From NCBI GenBank assembly GCA_012797575.1, contig JAAZOW010000188.1, positions 1 to 46,388 on the forward strand: 46,388 nt of DNA. Direction: 5' to 3'. This document shows, in pieces, positions 28,828 through 39,220 of the stretch (the first letter of the stretch is position 1; every line of letters begins with the position of its first letter). A program made the translations under genes and the position numbers. The stretch is from Methanomicrobiales archaeon (GTDB taxonomy: Archaea; Halobacteriota; Methanomicrobia; Methanomicrobiales; Methanoculleaceae). The notes beneath the pieces were generated by a model that had not been told where the DNA came from, did not search any database, and saw nothing but the letters and a program-made list of their open reading frames with translations.

Positions 28828-29817
28828 CTACCCCCGGTACTTCCTCTGCTCAAGCAGAGCATCGACGATGACGAGCGCGAGCATGCACTCCGCGACCGGG
28901 ACGATGCGCGGGGCGATGCAGGGATCGTGCCTCCCTTCGACCGATACATCCCGCTCGGCCCCGGTCGTATCCACGGTCCGTTGCGTCCGCCGTATCGAGG
29001 GCGTCGGTTTGACCGCGACCCGGACGACGATATCCTGCCCGGTGCTGATCCCACCGAGGATGCCCCCCGCGTGGTTGCTTGCAAACCCAGAGCTCGTGAT
29101 GGGGTCATTCATCTCGCTCCCGAACATCCTGGCGGCGCCGAACCCCTCGCCGATCTCGACGCCCTTCACCGCGCCGATGCCCATCATCGCCCCGGCGATG
29201 GCGGCATCCAGTTTCCCGAAGACCGGATCCCCGAGGCCCGGCGGGCAGCCGGTCGCCGTCACCTCGACGATACCCCCCACGGAGTCCCCGGCATCCCGGG
29301 CGGCACGGATCTCCGCCTCCATCGCCTCCGGCTCCACCGTCCCGTGGACCTCGATGACCCTCCCGCTGACCTCGATACCCTGCGGCGCGAGGCAACGCAT
29401 CGCCACCGCCCCGGCTGCGACCCGGGCAAGGGTCTCCCTCCCAGAGGATCTTCCGCCGCCCCTGTGGTCGCGGAGCCCGTACTTCGCCTGCCAGGTGTAG
29501 TCAGCGTGTCCGGGCCTGAATACATCCCGGAGGGCATCGTAATCCCCCGACCGGGCATCCTGGTTTCTTACGACGAGTGCGATGGGGGCACCGGTCGTCC
29601 TCCCCCCAAATGTCCCCGAGAGGATCTCAACCCGGTCAAGTTCCTGCCGTGCTGACTCAAGCGGACTCTTTCCCGGCCGTCTCCGGTCGAGGTAGGGCTG
29701 TATATCGGTCTCGGTGAGGCCGATCCCCGGCGGGCAGCCGTCGATGACCACACCCACGGCCTTCCCATGGCTCTCGCCAAACGTTGTGCACCTGAAGTTT
29801 CTCCCGAATGTGTTCAT
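28828..29817 (-). CDS. aroC: Chorismate synthase
   Basis: [27 protein letters not shown] and GRHDPC motifs. Confidence 0.96.
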   Translation of the reverse strand: MNTFGRNFRCTTFGESHGKAVGVVIDGCPPGIGLTETDIQPYLDRRRPGKSPLESARQELDRVEILSGTFGGRTTGAPIALVVRNQDARSGDYDALRDVFRPGHADYTWQAKYGLRDHRGGGRSSGRETLARVAAGAVAMRCLAPQGIEVSGRVIEVHGTVEPEAMEAEIRAARDAGDSVGGIVEVTATGCPPGLGDPVFGKLDAAIAGAMMGIGAVKGVEIGEGFGAARMFGSEMNDPITSSGFASNHAGGILGGISTGQDIVVRVAVKPTPSIRRTQRTVDTTGAERDVSVEGRHDPCIAPRIVPVAECMLALVIVDALLEQRKYRG

Positions 29818-31169
29818 TGAAGCATCCCCCGGATCAGTGCGGGCGTGACCGCGATCCCGGTCATCAGCTGGAACTGCGCCACAGCCTGGTGGATGAACAT
29901 CTCAGTCCCCGGTATCACCTCACACCCTGCCCTCTTCGCGGCCCTTATGAGAGGAGTCTCCGGCGGCGTGTAGACGAGGTCAAAGATGGTCATCCCCGGT
30001 TCAAGGTCATCAGGTCCGAGCAGGGCCCGGGTATCGGGATCCATACCGACCGGGGTTGCATCTACAACCACATCGGCGCCACTCTCTCTGAAGTCTTTTA
30101 GTGCTCCCCACCGGCACCTGAACCGCTCCGCAAGCCTCCGCGCCGCATCAGGGCGCCGGGCAAGGATCGAGACGTCCATATCAAGCGACATGAGAGCATA
30201 GGCCGCCGCAGCCGCTGCACCCCCGGCACCGAGGACGACCGCCCGCTCACCCCGCCGGTGGGCGAGCGGCGTGCGCACGCCGATCCAGTCGGTGTTGTAG
30301 CCGTAAAGCCTGTCGCCGCACCGCACAACGGTGTTCACCGCCCCAATAGCCGCTGCATGATCGTCCACCTCGTCGACGTGGCGCATCACATCGGTCTTGA
30401 ACGGTATGGTGACTGAGAGCCCTTTTGTGGGGAGGAGCGAGGCGAGGCGGACGATCTCTCCCACATCAGGCCACTCGATGGAGGTGTAGTGGTACCGCAT
30501 ACCAAAATGGGCGAAGAGTCGATTGTATATGAGCGGGCTCCTGCTGTGGGCGCAGGGGTTACCAGCAATGCCGCATACCCTGAGCTCCGGATCGTGGGCG
30601 ACCATGCTCTTGAGCTCAGAGAGCCCGAACCGCTCAAGGAGGACGTCACGTTCATGCATCGCGGCCGAGGAGATGGTGTCGTCTTGAAGGATCAGGTCTG
30701 CGATCTCCTCCGGCGTGCGCCGCCCGGTATCGATACAGGCATCGGCCGCGCCCAGGTATGCCTCCCTCCTCCGTTCAAGGAGGGCTCGAACCTCCTCTGC
30801 CGGCGGAAGATCGGTCAACTCCGGTCGATCGCTCCCGGTGATCCGATCCCGGATGACATCGGGCGGAGCCGTGAGGAGGATGACCGTGCCGCGCCATCTA
30901 AGGTCAGCGACGTTTTCCGGGTTGCAGACTGCACCGCCGCCGGTGCTGATCACCCCGTTTGCGTCCCGGAGCGATGCTATCACCCCTCGCTCGAGGTCCC
31001 GGAACCCTGCCTCCCCGCGCCGGCTGAATATCTCCGGGATCGTCATGCCTGCCCGACGCTCGATCAGTGCATCGGCATCAAAGAAGGATACTCCCAGCCG
31101 CTCAGCAAGGATCTGTCCGACCGATGTCTTCCCGGTCCCCCGGAACCCTGCAAGGACGATCTTTCTCAC
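29814..31169 (-). CDS. aroE: Shikimate kinase - shikimate dehydrogenase fusion (AroK-AroE)
   Basis: N-terminal [17 protein letters not shown] and STGGG (AroK); C-terminal HSRSP, SVTIPFK, GAVNT, NTD and GAGGAA (AroE); GTG start at 31169 overlaps the aroA stop. Confidence 0.9.
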   Translation of the reverse strand: MRKIVLAGFRGTGKTSVGQILAERLGVSFFDADALIERRAGMTIPEIFSRRGEAGFRDLERGVIASLRDANGVISTGGGAVCNPENVADLRWRGTVILLTAPPDVIRDRITGSDRPELTDLPPAEEVRALLERRREAYLGAADACIDTGRRTPEEIADLILQDDTISSAAMHERDVLLERFGLSELKSMVAHDPELRVCGIAGNPCAHSRSPLIYNRLFAHFGMRYHYTSIEWPDVGEIVRLASLLPTKGLSVTIPFKTDVMRHVDEVDDHAAAIGAVNTVVRCGDRLYGYNTDWIGVRTPLAHRRGERAVVLGAGGAAAAAAYALMSLDMDVSILARRPDAARRLAERFRCRWGALKDFRESGADVVVDATPVGMDPDTRALLGPDDLEPGMTIFDLVYTPPETPLIRAAKRAGCEVIPGTEMFIHQAVAQFQLMTGIAVTPALIRGMLQ

Positions 31170-32434
31170 AGCAACCCCTCCCCGTAAAGCGCCTCCCAAA
31201 ATCCCGGGAAGGACTTCTCCACGCACCCGGGATCGCGGATCGCCACGCCACCGACCGCGAACCCGAGCACCGCAAAGGCCATCGCAGTCCGGTGGTCATC
31301 GCGCGGGTCGACGAGCACGCCATGGAGTGGGGCGGGCGTGATCGTAAGGGAGTTCTCCGCGACCTGAACCTCCGCTCCCATCCTCCGGAGGATCTCTGCA
31401 GTCACCCTGACCCTATCACTCTCCTTGTACTGCAGATGCGCGATCCCCCGAATCGTCGTCGGCGATGATGCCGTCGCCGCCACCGCTGCGAGCGTCTGGA
31501 CGGTGTCGGGAGATGATGACATATCGATATCGATCCCGGAGAGGTCACCCGCCCGCTCCACCGCCACCACATCGGCGCCGGTGGTCACGTGACATCCCAT
31601 GGCCTCGAGTGCGGTGAAGAACCGGCGATCTCCCTGGACCGATGTCGGGGAGAGGCCCGTGACCGTGACCCGCCCGCCGCAGACGGCTGCCACCGCGAAG
31701 AGATAGGATGCTGACGAGTAATCCCCCTCGATCCGGTAGTTCCGCCCCCGGTAGGCTGCACCGCTCTTCACTCTGAACCAGTCGTAGCCCCGCCGTTCAA
31801 GCCGGGCGCCGAACCTGAGCATCACATCCACCGTCACGTCGAGGTAAGATCGGGAGGCCGGTGGCGCCGGGAGCGTGAGTTCCACATCTTCATCCGCGTA
31901 GGGCGCCGCCATCAGTATGGAGGATATGAACTGGCTGCTCATGCTCCCATCGACCTCTGCCTTCCCGCCCCTGAGCCTGCCTGAGATCCGGATGGGGGGA
32001 AAACCCGGCCGAGCCATGAACGCAATATCGGCGCCGAGGGCTCGCAGGGCGTCGGCGAGCGGCCCTACCGGCCGCTCAAGCATCCGGGCACTCCCCGTGA
32101 GCACCACCGGGTGCGGGGCGATGAGCGCCGTCGAGGTGAGCAACCGCAGTGTCGTCCCTGAGTTCTCGCAATCGATCGTAACCTCGCCCGACACCGGGAA
32201 AGTCCCGCCACACCCGGTGACGGTGATCTCTCCTGAGCTCCACTCCACCGGCACACCGAGGCTCTCAAGCCCCCGGGCGGTCGCCTCCGTATCGATGGCG
32301 CGGAGGGGTGCCATGATCCGCGATCTTCCTGAAGCGAGCGCAGCGGCGATCAGCGCCCGGTGGGTGTAGCTCTTGGAGGGGGGCGCCTCGAACGTCGCGT
32401 CGACCGGGCCTATCCGCGATATGTTGATGATCAT
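31166..32434 (-). CDS. aroA: EPSP synthase
   Basis: PPSKSYTHR, NSGTTLR, SSQFIS, KESDR and DHR.AM motifs; ATG 32434. Confidence 0.95.
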   Translation of the reverse strand: MIINISRIGPVDATFEAPPSKSYTHRALIAAALASGRSRIMAPLRAIDTEATARGLESLGVPVEWSSGEITVTGCGGTFPVSGEVTIDCENSGTTLRLLTSTALIAPHPVVLTGSARMLERPVGPLADALRALGADIAFMARPGFPPIRISGRLRGGKAEVDGSMSSQFISSILMAAPYADEDVELTLPAPPASRSYLDVTVDVMLRFGARLERRGYDWFRVKSGAAYRGRNYRIEGDYSSASYLFAVAAVCGGRVTVTGLSPTSVQGDRRFFTALEAMGCHVTTGADVVAVERAGDLSGIDIDMSSSPDTVQTLAAVAATASSPTTIRGIAHLQYKESDRVRVTAEILRRMGAEVQVAENSLTITPAPLHGVLVDPRDDHRTAMAFAVLGFAVGGVAIRDPGCVEKSFPGFWEALYGEGLL

Positions 32435-33225
32435 ATCCCCGGCACCCCCATGCGGGCGTAGCACCCAAGCTCCCTGATGGTGGTCACCCTCATAAGTTCC
32501 TCTCTCGCCTCCTGCCATCCTCCCGATATCTCAAGGTCGATGAAGAAGAGGTAACTCCCGATCCCGCGCCGGGACGGTCGGGATTCGATCCTGGTCAGGT
32601 TGATTCCCCGCCGGGCAAAGACTCCCAGGATATCGGCGAGGAGTCCGACGCGATCGATCTTCGGGTCCACAAGAAGGCTACATTTCGTGCACCCATCGTC
32701 GCTACGGGGGGTTGATGATACCTGCACGAACCGGGTGGTGTTGTCCCTGCTGTTCTGGATATCCCAGAGCACGATCGGGAGATCGTAGATCGTCGCTGCC
32801 ATCTCTGGTATGATCGCACCGGCATGGCCATCCCCCTGCATCGCCACGGCGCTTGCTGCGTTGCTGCTCGTATGCACGACCTCCACCCCCAGGCGTTCGA
32901 GGAGGATGGAACACTGTTCGTGGGTCTGCGGGTGGGCATATACGACCCGGAGCTGCTCCGGCTTCCTCCGGGCCGCGAGGTGGTGGCGGACCGGCATATA
33001 GGCCTCTCCTGTGATGGAGACGCCGAACTCAACGAGGCCCTGGAGCGTCTCCCCCACGCCGCCGGCCTCGGAGTTCTCGATCGGCACAAGGCCGTCAACT
33101 GATCCCCCCGCCACACGCTCGATGATGGCGCGGATTGTTGGCAGGAGTTCGATATCGTCAGCGTAGAGCCGTGCGGCGAGCTCGTGGCTGAACGTCCCTG
33201 CCGGACCAAGCGTCAGGACGGTCAT
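32431..33225 (-). CDS. pheA: Prephenate dehydratase with ACT domain
   Basis: LGPAGTFS, PIENS, NTTRF and INLTRIESRPS motifs. Confidence 0.93.
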   Translation of the reverse strand: MTVLTLGPAGTFSHELAARLYADDIELLPTIRAIIERVAGGSVDGLVPIENSEAGGVGETLQGLVEFGVSITGEAYMPVRHHLAARRKPEQLRVVYAHPQTHEQCSILLERLGVEVVHTSSNAASAVAMQGDGHAGAIIPEMAATIYDLPIVLWDIQNSRDNTTRFVQVSSTPRSDDGCTKCSLLVDPKIDRVGLLADILGVFARRGINLTRIESRPSRRGIGSYLFFIDLEISGGWQEAREELMRVTTIRELGCYARMGVPGI

Positions 33226-34055
33226 CTCGCCACCATATGGTTGATGAGATCATCGGTCTCTTCTGTGGCGGCCGCGAGGTACGAGGCGTAGTGGGCGGCA
33301 TTCTCGGCGAAGAACGCCTGGAACCGATCGCTGTCGCCGGACTCCACGATCTCCCGGAGCGCCCGGACCGCCTCCGCAAACGTGGCAAGCATCTCTGGGA
33401 CGGCAGGGTTCATCAGGAGCATATCCCCATAGAGCCCCGCGTCCTGTGCGAGAAGCCGCCCTGCAAGCCCCATCTCAATCCGGTAGATGGGGCTGGTAAA
33501 CGAGAGGGTCTCATCCACATCGGTGCCGGTCCGGCGGATCGCCTCCGCCTTTGCGAGCGCTCCGAAGTGGGTGAGCCCCTGGATCACCGCCATCATCCGG
33601 TCGTGATCCTCCGCCGTTGTAAGGGTTATGGCCGCTCCCTGGTCGCGGAAGATCGAGAGGAGTCTCTCAAGGGTCGTGGGGACGCACCGGGCCGGAATCG
33701 CGACGATCGTCTGGCCTCTGAGCGATACAGCACCCGGTCCAAACATCGGGTGGAGCCCGATCACCTCGGCGCGGGAGGCAAGCATCGCCCGGACCGGTTC
33801 GACCTTGAGGGAGGTGAGGTCACAGAAGATCTGATCTCGTGTGAGCAGTGGAGCGATCTCGAGGATGACCCCAACGGTAGCGCGGATCGGCACCGAGACC
33901 ATGACAAGGTCAGCCATCTCCGCGACGTCCCGATTGGTGAGGGCTGTCTCTCTCCCTGAGACGATCACCTCCAAGCCCGCCCCTTCAAAGACCTCGGCGA
34001 AGAATCGCCCCATCTGTCCGGTGCCGCCTATGATGCCTGCAAGCATTGCCATCAC
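33222..34055 (-). CDS. tyrA: Prephenate/arogenate dehydrogenase
   Basis: IIGGTGQMG, D.TS.K, HPMFGP and HD.MMA.IQGL.H motifs. Confidence 0.92.
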   Translation of the reverse strand: MMAMLAGIIGGTGQMGRFFAEVFEGAGLEVIVSGRETALTNRDVAEMADLVMVSVPIRATVGVILEIAPLLTRDQIFCDLTSLKVEPVRAMLASRAEVIGLHPMFGPGAVSLRGQTIVAIPARCVPTTLERLLSIFRDQGAAITLTTAEDHDRMMAVIQGLTHFGALAKAEAIRRTGTDVDETLSFTSPIYRIEMGLAGRLLAQDAGLYGDMLLMNPAVPEMLATFAEAVRALREIVESGDSDRFQAFFAENAAHYASYLAAATEETDDLINHMVAR

Positions 34056-35041
34056 TTCTCGAGGATGGTCTCGGCGACAGCGATGCCGAAGTGCCGCCCG
34101 CCCTCCGTGACGCTCCCGAGCACCCGGTCACCCACAGCGAGGCGGGCGACCGATATCGCTCCACCGTCCTCCGCGACAAGCCTGATGGTCTCAGCGTTCT
34201 GAAGGACGAGGCTCACCTCCGCATCTCCGGCTTTTGCCTCGACGAGGAGAAGCGGGCGGCGTTCGATCTTTGCCCGGCCGACGATCACCTCGCGGGTCGT
34301 GCCGGTATGCTCGACGATGAGCACCTTATCCCCTGCCGCAAGATCGGTGAGGTAGGCGGTCCTCCCGTCAGGGAGGAGGGTGTAGGCGTGCACCGCTCCG
34401 GCATTCACCCGGAACGGGCGCGGGGCCACGTAGGGGTTCTCCAAGGTCTCTGGATGTACCATCAGGAACGCCGACGATGTGTTGCCGACGAGCATCCCGT
34501 CCCCGTCGGAGAGGAGGGAACAGGTATCCACGCAGACCCGGTCCCCCATGCCGACGGGAGCGATCCGGGTCACCTCGAAGGGTATGAGGGTGACCTTGGC
34601 GCCCAGACCTGCGATCACGCCTGCCACCCGCCGGATCTCGGACGGATCATCCGTCACAAGCAGGATACCCGCAACCCCCCGTTCGAGGACACTCAGCGCG
34701 ATCTCCGCCTCATCTGCGTTCGTGACTTCAGCGATGATCCGATCGGACTGCGCGGCAAGGTTTTCAAGCGGGATGACCGTCCAGTCCCCGGTCTTTGCGA
34801 TGACGTAACCCGCCCGGGAGAGCCTGAGCGCCTCCTCCTCAGCTGCCTTATCGGTGATCTCAACCTCAAAGATATCCTCTCCGGGGACGAGATCGCCGCC
34901 CTCAGCGATGGTCGTCACCCGCCCGAGCTCGCGCACACGGTCGGCGTCATCCACCATCAGGGCATCGGCCCCGCTCTCGATCGCGGTGGTCGCGAGATCT
35001 TTCCTCCACGGCCGGACATCGACCCAGAACTGCTTCATCAT
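34052..35041 (-). CDS. 3-dehydroquinate synthase II (AroB')
   Basis: DWTVIPLEN, GDRVCVDTCS, RPFRVNAG, QNAETI and GRHFG motifs. Confidence 0.93.
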   Translation of the reverse strand: MMKQFWVDVRPWRKDLATTAIESGADALMVDDADRVRELGRVTTIAEGGDLVPGEDIFEVEITDKAAEEEALRLSRAGYVIAKTGDWTVIPLENLAAQSDRIIAEVTNADEAEIALSVLERGVAGILLVTDDPSEIRRVAGVIAGLGAKVTLIPFEVTRIAPVGMGDRVCVDTCSLLSDGDGMLVGNTSSAFLMVHPETLENPYVAPRPFRVNAGAVHAYTLLPDGRTAYLTDLAAGDKVLIVEHTGTTREVIVGRAKIERRPLLLVEAKAGDAEVSLVLQNAETIRLVAEDGGAISVARLAVGDRVLGSVTEGGRHFGIAVAETILEK

Positions 35042-35829
35042 CCACGCTCCAGCGCATCGGCCGGGTCTGTCCCTTCATGCACCACCCGGCAGATCGAGCC
35101 TATGAACCGGCCGGGATCTTCACGCTGGAAAGCGTTTCTTCCCATGCAGACGCCCGCCGCGCCCGCCGCGATGGCATCGTGGATGGTCGTGAGCGTCTCA
35201 AGATCGCCGCCCTTCTCGCCGCCGGCGATCATCACCGGCACAGAGCAGGCTTCGGTGATCTGATGGAAGGTCTCCGGGTCCCCGGTGTAGTTGGTCTTGA
35301 TGAGATCTGCCCCGAGCTCCTCGGCGACCCGGACGCAGTGCCCGATCGCCTGCGGTTGCCGGGGATCGATCCTCTCGCCGCGTGGGTAGATCATGATCAG
35401 GAGTGGCATCCCCCAGCGGTTGCAATCCCGCACCACCGCGCCTGCGGACTCGATCATCCGCGACTCGTTCGGCGCACCCAGATTGATGTGGATCGAGACC
35501 GCATCAGCGCCGAGAGCGACCGCCTCTTCCACGGTGCAGACAAGCACCTTGTCGTTTGGGTCAGGGTTCATCGATGTGCTCGCAGAGAGGTGCACGATAA
35601 GACCGATATCTTTTCCGCGTTTCCGGTGCCCCCCCTTTACCATACCCTTGTGGAGCACGATGGCGTTTGCCCCCGCCTCACTCACCTCGCTGACGATCTT
35701 CGTCATATCGCGGAGCCCCTCGATCTGGCCCATGGTGAACCCGTGATCCATGGGAATAACCACGGCGCGACCGGTGTTCCGATCCATTATCCGCTCAAGG
35801 CGGATCTCCTTTCCGATCATACCCATCAC
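35038..35829 (-). CDS. 2-amino-3,7-dideoxy-D-threo-hept-6-ulosonate synthase / class IA aldolase, paralog B
   Basis: [26 protein letters not shown] and GRN motifs. Confidence 0.9.
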   Translation of the reverse strand: MMGMIGKEIRLERIMDRNTGRAVVIPMDHGFTMGQIEGLRDMTKIVSEVSEAGANAIVLHKGMVKGGHRKRGKDIGLIVHLSASTSMNPDPNDKVLVCTVEEAVALGADAVSIHINLGAPNESRMIESAGAVVRDCNRWGMPLLIMIYPRGERIDPRQPQAIGHCVRVAEELGADLIKTNYTGDPETFHQITEACSVPVMIAGGEKGGDLETLTTIHDAIAAGAAGVCMGRNAFQREDPGRFIGSICRVVHEGTDPADALERG

Positions 35830-36617
35830 GCCCTGAGGATCTCCACTGCTTCCTCTGCAGACCTTCCTTCATGGATGATCAGCGCCGCGGCCCGTATCAG
35901 GCGATCGGGTGCCTGGTGCTGGAAGGCGTTCCTCCCGATCGATATCCCGGCGGCGCCCCCTTCCATCGCGCCCTCCACAAGGTCGAGTATCGCGTGGTCG
36001 TCGGTCTTCGATCCGCCTGCGACCACGACTGGAACCGGGCATCCTCTCGTCACCTCACGGAACGAGTCTGGATCCCCGGTGTAGACGGTCTTGACGATGT
36101 CGGCACCGAGTTCGGCCGCCACCCGCGCAGCGAGTTTGACGCTCTCGACCCCGTACTCATCCACGACTTTCCTGCCCCTCGGGTACATCATCGCAAGGAG
36201 TGGCATTCCCCACTCCATACATGTAATCGCGACTTCACCGAGGTCTTCAAGCATCTTTGCCTCGGAGTCGGCTCCGACGTTGATATGCACTGAGACACCG
36301 TCGGCACCCATCTTCAGGGCGTTTGTGACGGTGTTTACGAGCACTTTGTCGTTCGGGTCGGGGCCGATGCTGGTGCTCGCTGAGAGGTGCATGATAAGGC
36401 CAACATCCTGCCCATGCCCCCGGTGGCCGTGTAGCGCAAGCCCTACGTGCCCGATCACTGCGTTTGCTCCCCCGTCGGCGACGAGGTCGATAGTCGCTCC
36501 AAGATCGACCAGTCCCGGTATAGGTCCAAGCGTCACACCGTGGTCAAGCGGTACGATGATGGTCCTGCCGGTATTCCGATCCATGATACGTTCCAGACGA
36601 ATCTCTTTTCCTCTCAT
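35826..36617 (-). CDS. 2-amino-3,7-dideoxy-D-threo-hept-6-ulosonate synthase / class IA aldolase, paralog A
   Basis: [20 protein letters not shown] and GRN motifs; GGAGG SD before ATG 36617. Confidence 0.9.
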   Translation of the reverse strand: MRGKEIRLERIMDRNTGRTIIVPLDHGVTLGPIPGLVDLGATIDLVADGGANAVIGHVGLALHGHRGHGQDVGLIMHLSASTSIGPDPNDKVLVNTVTNALKMGADGVSVHINVGADSEAKMLEDLGEVAITCMEWGMPLLAMMYPRGRKVVDEYGVESVKLAARVAAELGADIVKTVYTGDPDSFREVTRGCPVPVVVAGGSKTDDHAILDLVEGAMEGGAAGISIGRNAFQHQAPDRLIRAAALIIHEGRSAEEAVEILRA

Positions 36618-36665
36618 AATAACAACCTCCCCCGGATCTTGAGTGAACACAATATCCGAAATGAC

Positions 36666-36809
36666 TCAAAACCAGGTAAAATAGCGATAGAACGCTGCCG
36701 CTCCGTGATAACGGATACCGGCGATTAAAAGTTGGCGTGTTGCTCCTGCACAGGCGATAGCTGCTCCGTTAACCGAGGTAAAGGCGGTCACCGGCGAAAA
36801 AACATTCAC
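36666..36809 (-). CDS. Putative 47-aa leader peptide ending FYRYFTWF
   Basis: Open from GTG 36809 to TGA 36666, downstream of the operon TATA box; 6 of the last 8 codons are aromatic; no SD before the GTG. Confidence 0.4.
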   Translation of the reverse strand: MNVFSPVTAFTSVNGAAIACAGATRQLLIAGIRYHGAAAFYRYFTWF

Positions 36810-36816
36810 CTTGCAT
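36769..36816 (-). CDS. Putative leaderless 15-aa uORF MQGECFFAGDRLYLG
   Basis: ATG at the expected transcription start, ~23 nt after the TATA box; contains UUU UUC. Confidence 0.35.
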   Translation of the reverse strand: MQGECFFAGDRLYLG

Positions 36817-36838
36817 TGTGCGTATGGTTGTGCATACT

Positions 36839-36847
36839 CATATAAAA
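36839..36847 (-). promoter_or_regulatory. TATA box of the aromatic biosynthesis operon
   Basis: Minus strand TTTTATATG; best TATA match upstream of the operon, implying a ~200-nt leader. Confidence 0.6.
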
Positions 36848-37142
36848 GTGTTCCGGATTGTTGTGCGGGGGGGCAGGCCGTGGGTCGGCCCGGGCTTCGT
36901 GGGACCCCGCATCCGTGTATCCGGAGACCTTGCTGGCTTTTGGTATGAGAAGTCCCCGGTTCTGTTCCGCGCTCAGGCTCCAGCTCCCCCTGGAAGGAGA
37001 GGGTGTCCTCCTGCTCCCTACCGCGCGACGCGATACCCATCGCCACCTCCTTTGCTTGAGCGGCCCCGGAGAGGGGGTGGGTTTCATGCGTTCAGCCTCC
37101 TGCCGCCGCTGACGTTTTGTGGGAAAAGTAGCTATTACAGCC

Positions 37143-37628
37143 TCACTTTCGGCTCTTCTTGAATGCTATGACATCGCCGACGGTCATGGTCATGCGCCCC
37201 GGCCCGCTGGCGGGGGTGGCATCTTCAGGCGAATCGAGCAGCCGGATCTCAAGCGTTCTCTCAAGCTTTCGCCGGAGATCGTCTTCGGGAATGAGATCTC
37301 CTTTCTCGATCTTCTTAATGAGGACCTCACGCTCCTTGATCTCCTGTGCGAGGTCGAGGGTAGACCATCCCTTCCCTTCCCGGGCGACACGGATCCGGTC
37401 GGCGTAGTCTTCAACGATCTCTCCTTCCATCAGATCAAAGACATCGCGCGGCCGCCTTCTGGTCTGCGTGACGGCGAAGCCTGGTTTTTTCTGGATACCT
37501 ATCTGTCGGGATTGCTGGACTTCTGTACCGTGTTTTGCACATCGGACACAGACACAGAGCTCTGCACCTTCGATCTGGATAGTCTTCGGCGGTCCCTGAA
37601 TGAGGGCGCCGCATAGTTCACACTGCAT
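37143..37628 (-). CDS. mbf1: Archaeal multiprotein bridging factor 1
   Basis: Zn ribbon CELC...CVRC plus HTH (IR.ARE.KGWS..DLA..IKE); T.GD tail. Confidence 0.92.
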   Translation of the reverse strand: MQCELCGALIQGPPKTIQIEGAELCVCVRCAKHGTEVQQSRQIGIQKKPGFAVTQTRRRPRDVFDLMEGEIVEDYADRIRVAREGKGWSTLDLAQEIKEREVLIKKIEKGDLIPEDDLRRKLERTLEIRLLDSPEDATPASGPGRMTMTVGDVIAFKKSRK

Positions 37629-37685
37629 AAGTCTCGCAAACAACTTTATATTCATTTTAACCTATATAATTATTTGAGGAGACCT

Positions 37686-38924
37686 ATGGGAGATATCGCT
37701 CGGCAAGCATCAGAGAAGGATACCGGTGAAGACATCTACCAGTACCTCCTGGAACGGATAACGAACCTCGAAAATCGAAACCTGGAGCTGCGAGAGCAGT
37801 TCCGCCAGATGGAGTCCGAGAAACGATACATTGAGACCCAGAAGATCCGCTACGAGCGTGAGCTGCGCAAACTGAAGAGTGAGATTGAGCAACTCCGAAG
37901 CCCTCCTCTCGTGATCGGGACGGTAACAGACGTGATCGACAACAGCCGGGTGATTGTGCGAAGCAGCGCAGGACCGCGGTTTCTGGTCCGTACATCACAA
38001 CTTATCGACCCTGATCTCCTCAAACCTGGTGTGCGGTGCACACTCAACCAGCAGTCCCTGGCGATCGTGGACGTGCTCCCCACAAGCTATGACGCGCAGA
38101 TCTACGGTATGGAACTGGTGGAGTCTCCAGAGGAGGCCTATGAGAATATCGGAGGCCTTGAACCACAGATCGAGGAGATACGAGAAGCGGTTGAGCTTCC
38201 CCTGACAAAGCCGCATCTCTTTGAGAAGGTCGGGATCTCCCCCCCGAAGGGTGTGCTGCTCCACGGGCCGCCCGGCACGGGGAAGACGCTTCTCGCACGG
38301 GCGGTAGCACATCACACGAACGCGCATTTCCTCCGCGTGGTCGGCTCAGAACTGGTGCAGAAGTACATCGGCGAGGGCGCGCGCCTGGTCAGGGAGCTCT
38401 TTGACCTTGCGAAGCAGAAGGCGCCATCCATCATCTTCATCGATGAGATCGATGCGATCGGCGCGCATCGGAACGATTCGACGACGTCGGGCGACCGCGA
38501 GGTCCAGAGGACGCTTATGCAGCTCCTGGCCGAGATGGATGGATTCGAGGACCGGGGCGACGTCAAGATCATCGCCGCGACCAACCGGATCGATATACTC
38601 GACCGCGCACTCCTTCGCCCGGGCAGGTTTGACCGGATGATAGCGATACCGCTCCCCGATAACCAGGGAAGGTTTGCCATCTTGCGGATCCATACCCGGA
38701 ACATGAACCTTGGTGAGGATGTCAACCTCTCGGAGGTAGCCCGGCTCACGGAGGGAAAGAACGGCGCCGATCTCCGGGCGATATGCATGGAGGCAGGCAT
38801 GTTCGCCATCAGGAGGGAATGCGATACGGTCGGCCACGAGGAGTTCATGAAAGCGATCGATAAGCTCTCGGTCGACTTCGATCAGCACCACTTCCACACG
38901 ACCTACGGCGAGATGTTCGCCTGA
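37686..38924 (+). CDS. pan: Proteasome-activating nucleotidase (paralog 2)
   Basis: Coiled coil, PPL..G OB entry, [17 protein letters not shown]; divergent from mbf1; C-terminal MFA. Confidence 0.94.
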   Translation: MGDIARQASEKDTGEDIYQYLLERITNLENRNLELREQFRQMESEKRYIETQKIRYERELRKLKSEIEQLRSPPLVIGTVTDVIDNSRVIVRSSAGPRFLVRTSQLIDPDLLKPGVRCTLNQQSLAIVDVLPTSYDAQIYGMELVESPEEAYENIGGLEPQIEEIREAVELPLTKPHLFEKVGISPPKGVLLHGPPGTGKTLLARAVAHHTNAHFLRVVGSELVQKYIGEGARLVRELFDLAKQKAPSIIFIDEIDAIGAHRNDSTTSGDREVQRTLMQLLAEMDGFEDRGDVKIIAATNRIDILDRALLRPGRFDRMIAIPLPDNQGRFAILRIHTRNMNLGEDVNLSEVARLTEGKNGADLRAICMEAGMFAIRRECDTVGHEEFMKAIDKLSVDFDQHHFHTTYGEMFA

Positions 38925-38956
38925 AACACAACCATTTTTAGGGCGAAGCTCGGATC

Positions 38957-39220
38957 TCAGCCTTTCGTCTGCGGTTTGAGTTCGATCTCATCGAACGTGA
39001 CGACGTGGGAGTCGAGGACGTTGCCCCGGCCATCCACAAAGATCTGGACGAAGATCTCGGCTGGCGTGTTCTCCAAGGATACGGCGCCCTCGTGCTCTGC
39101 CCTGACATCGAAGCCAAGGGATACCAGCTCATTGCGGACGGCATCCCGGGTGTGATAGGCCAGGAGGGTGTCTCTGACCTTCTGGATGATGCTCTGTTGC
39201 TGTTCCTCATCTGCGACCAT
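38957..39220 (-). CDS. Small hypothetical protein
   Basis: 87-aa acidic, protein-like ORF with GAGGGG SD-like sequence. Confidence 0.7.
   Translation of the reverse strand: MVADEEQQQSIIQKVRDTLLAYHTRDAVRNELVSLGFDVRAEHEGAVSLENTPAEIFVQIFVDGRGNVLDSHVVTFDEIELKPQTKG

Noticed and set aside
36860-37115. GC-rich gap considered as SRP RNA or as the N-terminal part of the 126-aa ORF
   Set aside because: No SRP helix 8 motif seen, and this part lies upstream of the operon TATA box; left unannotated.
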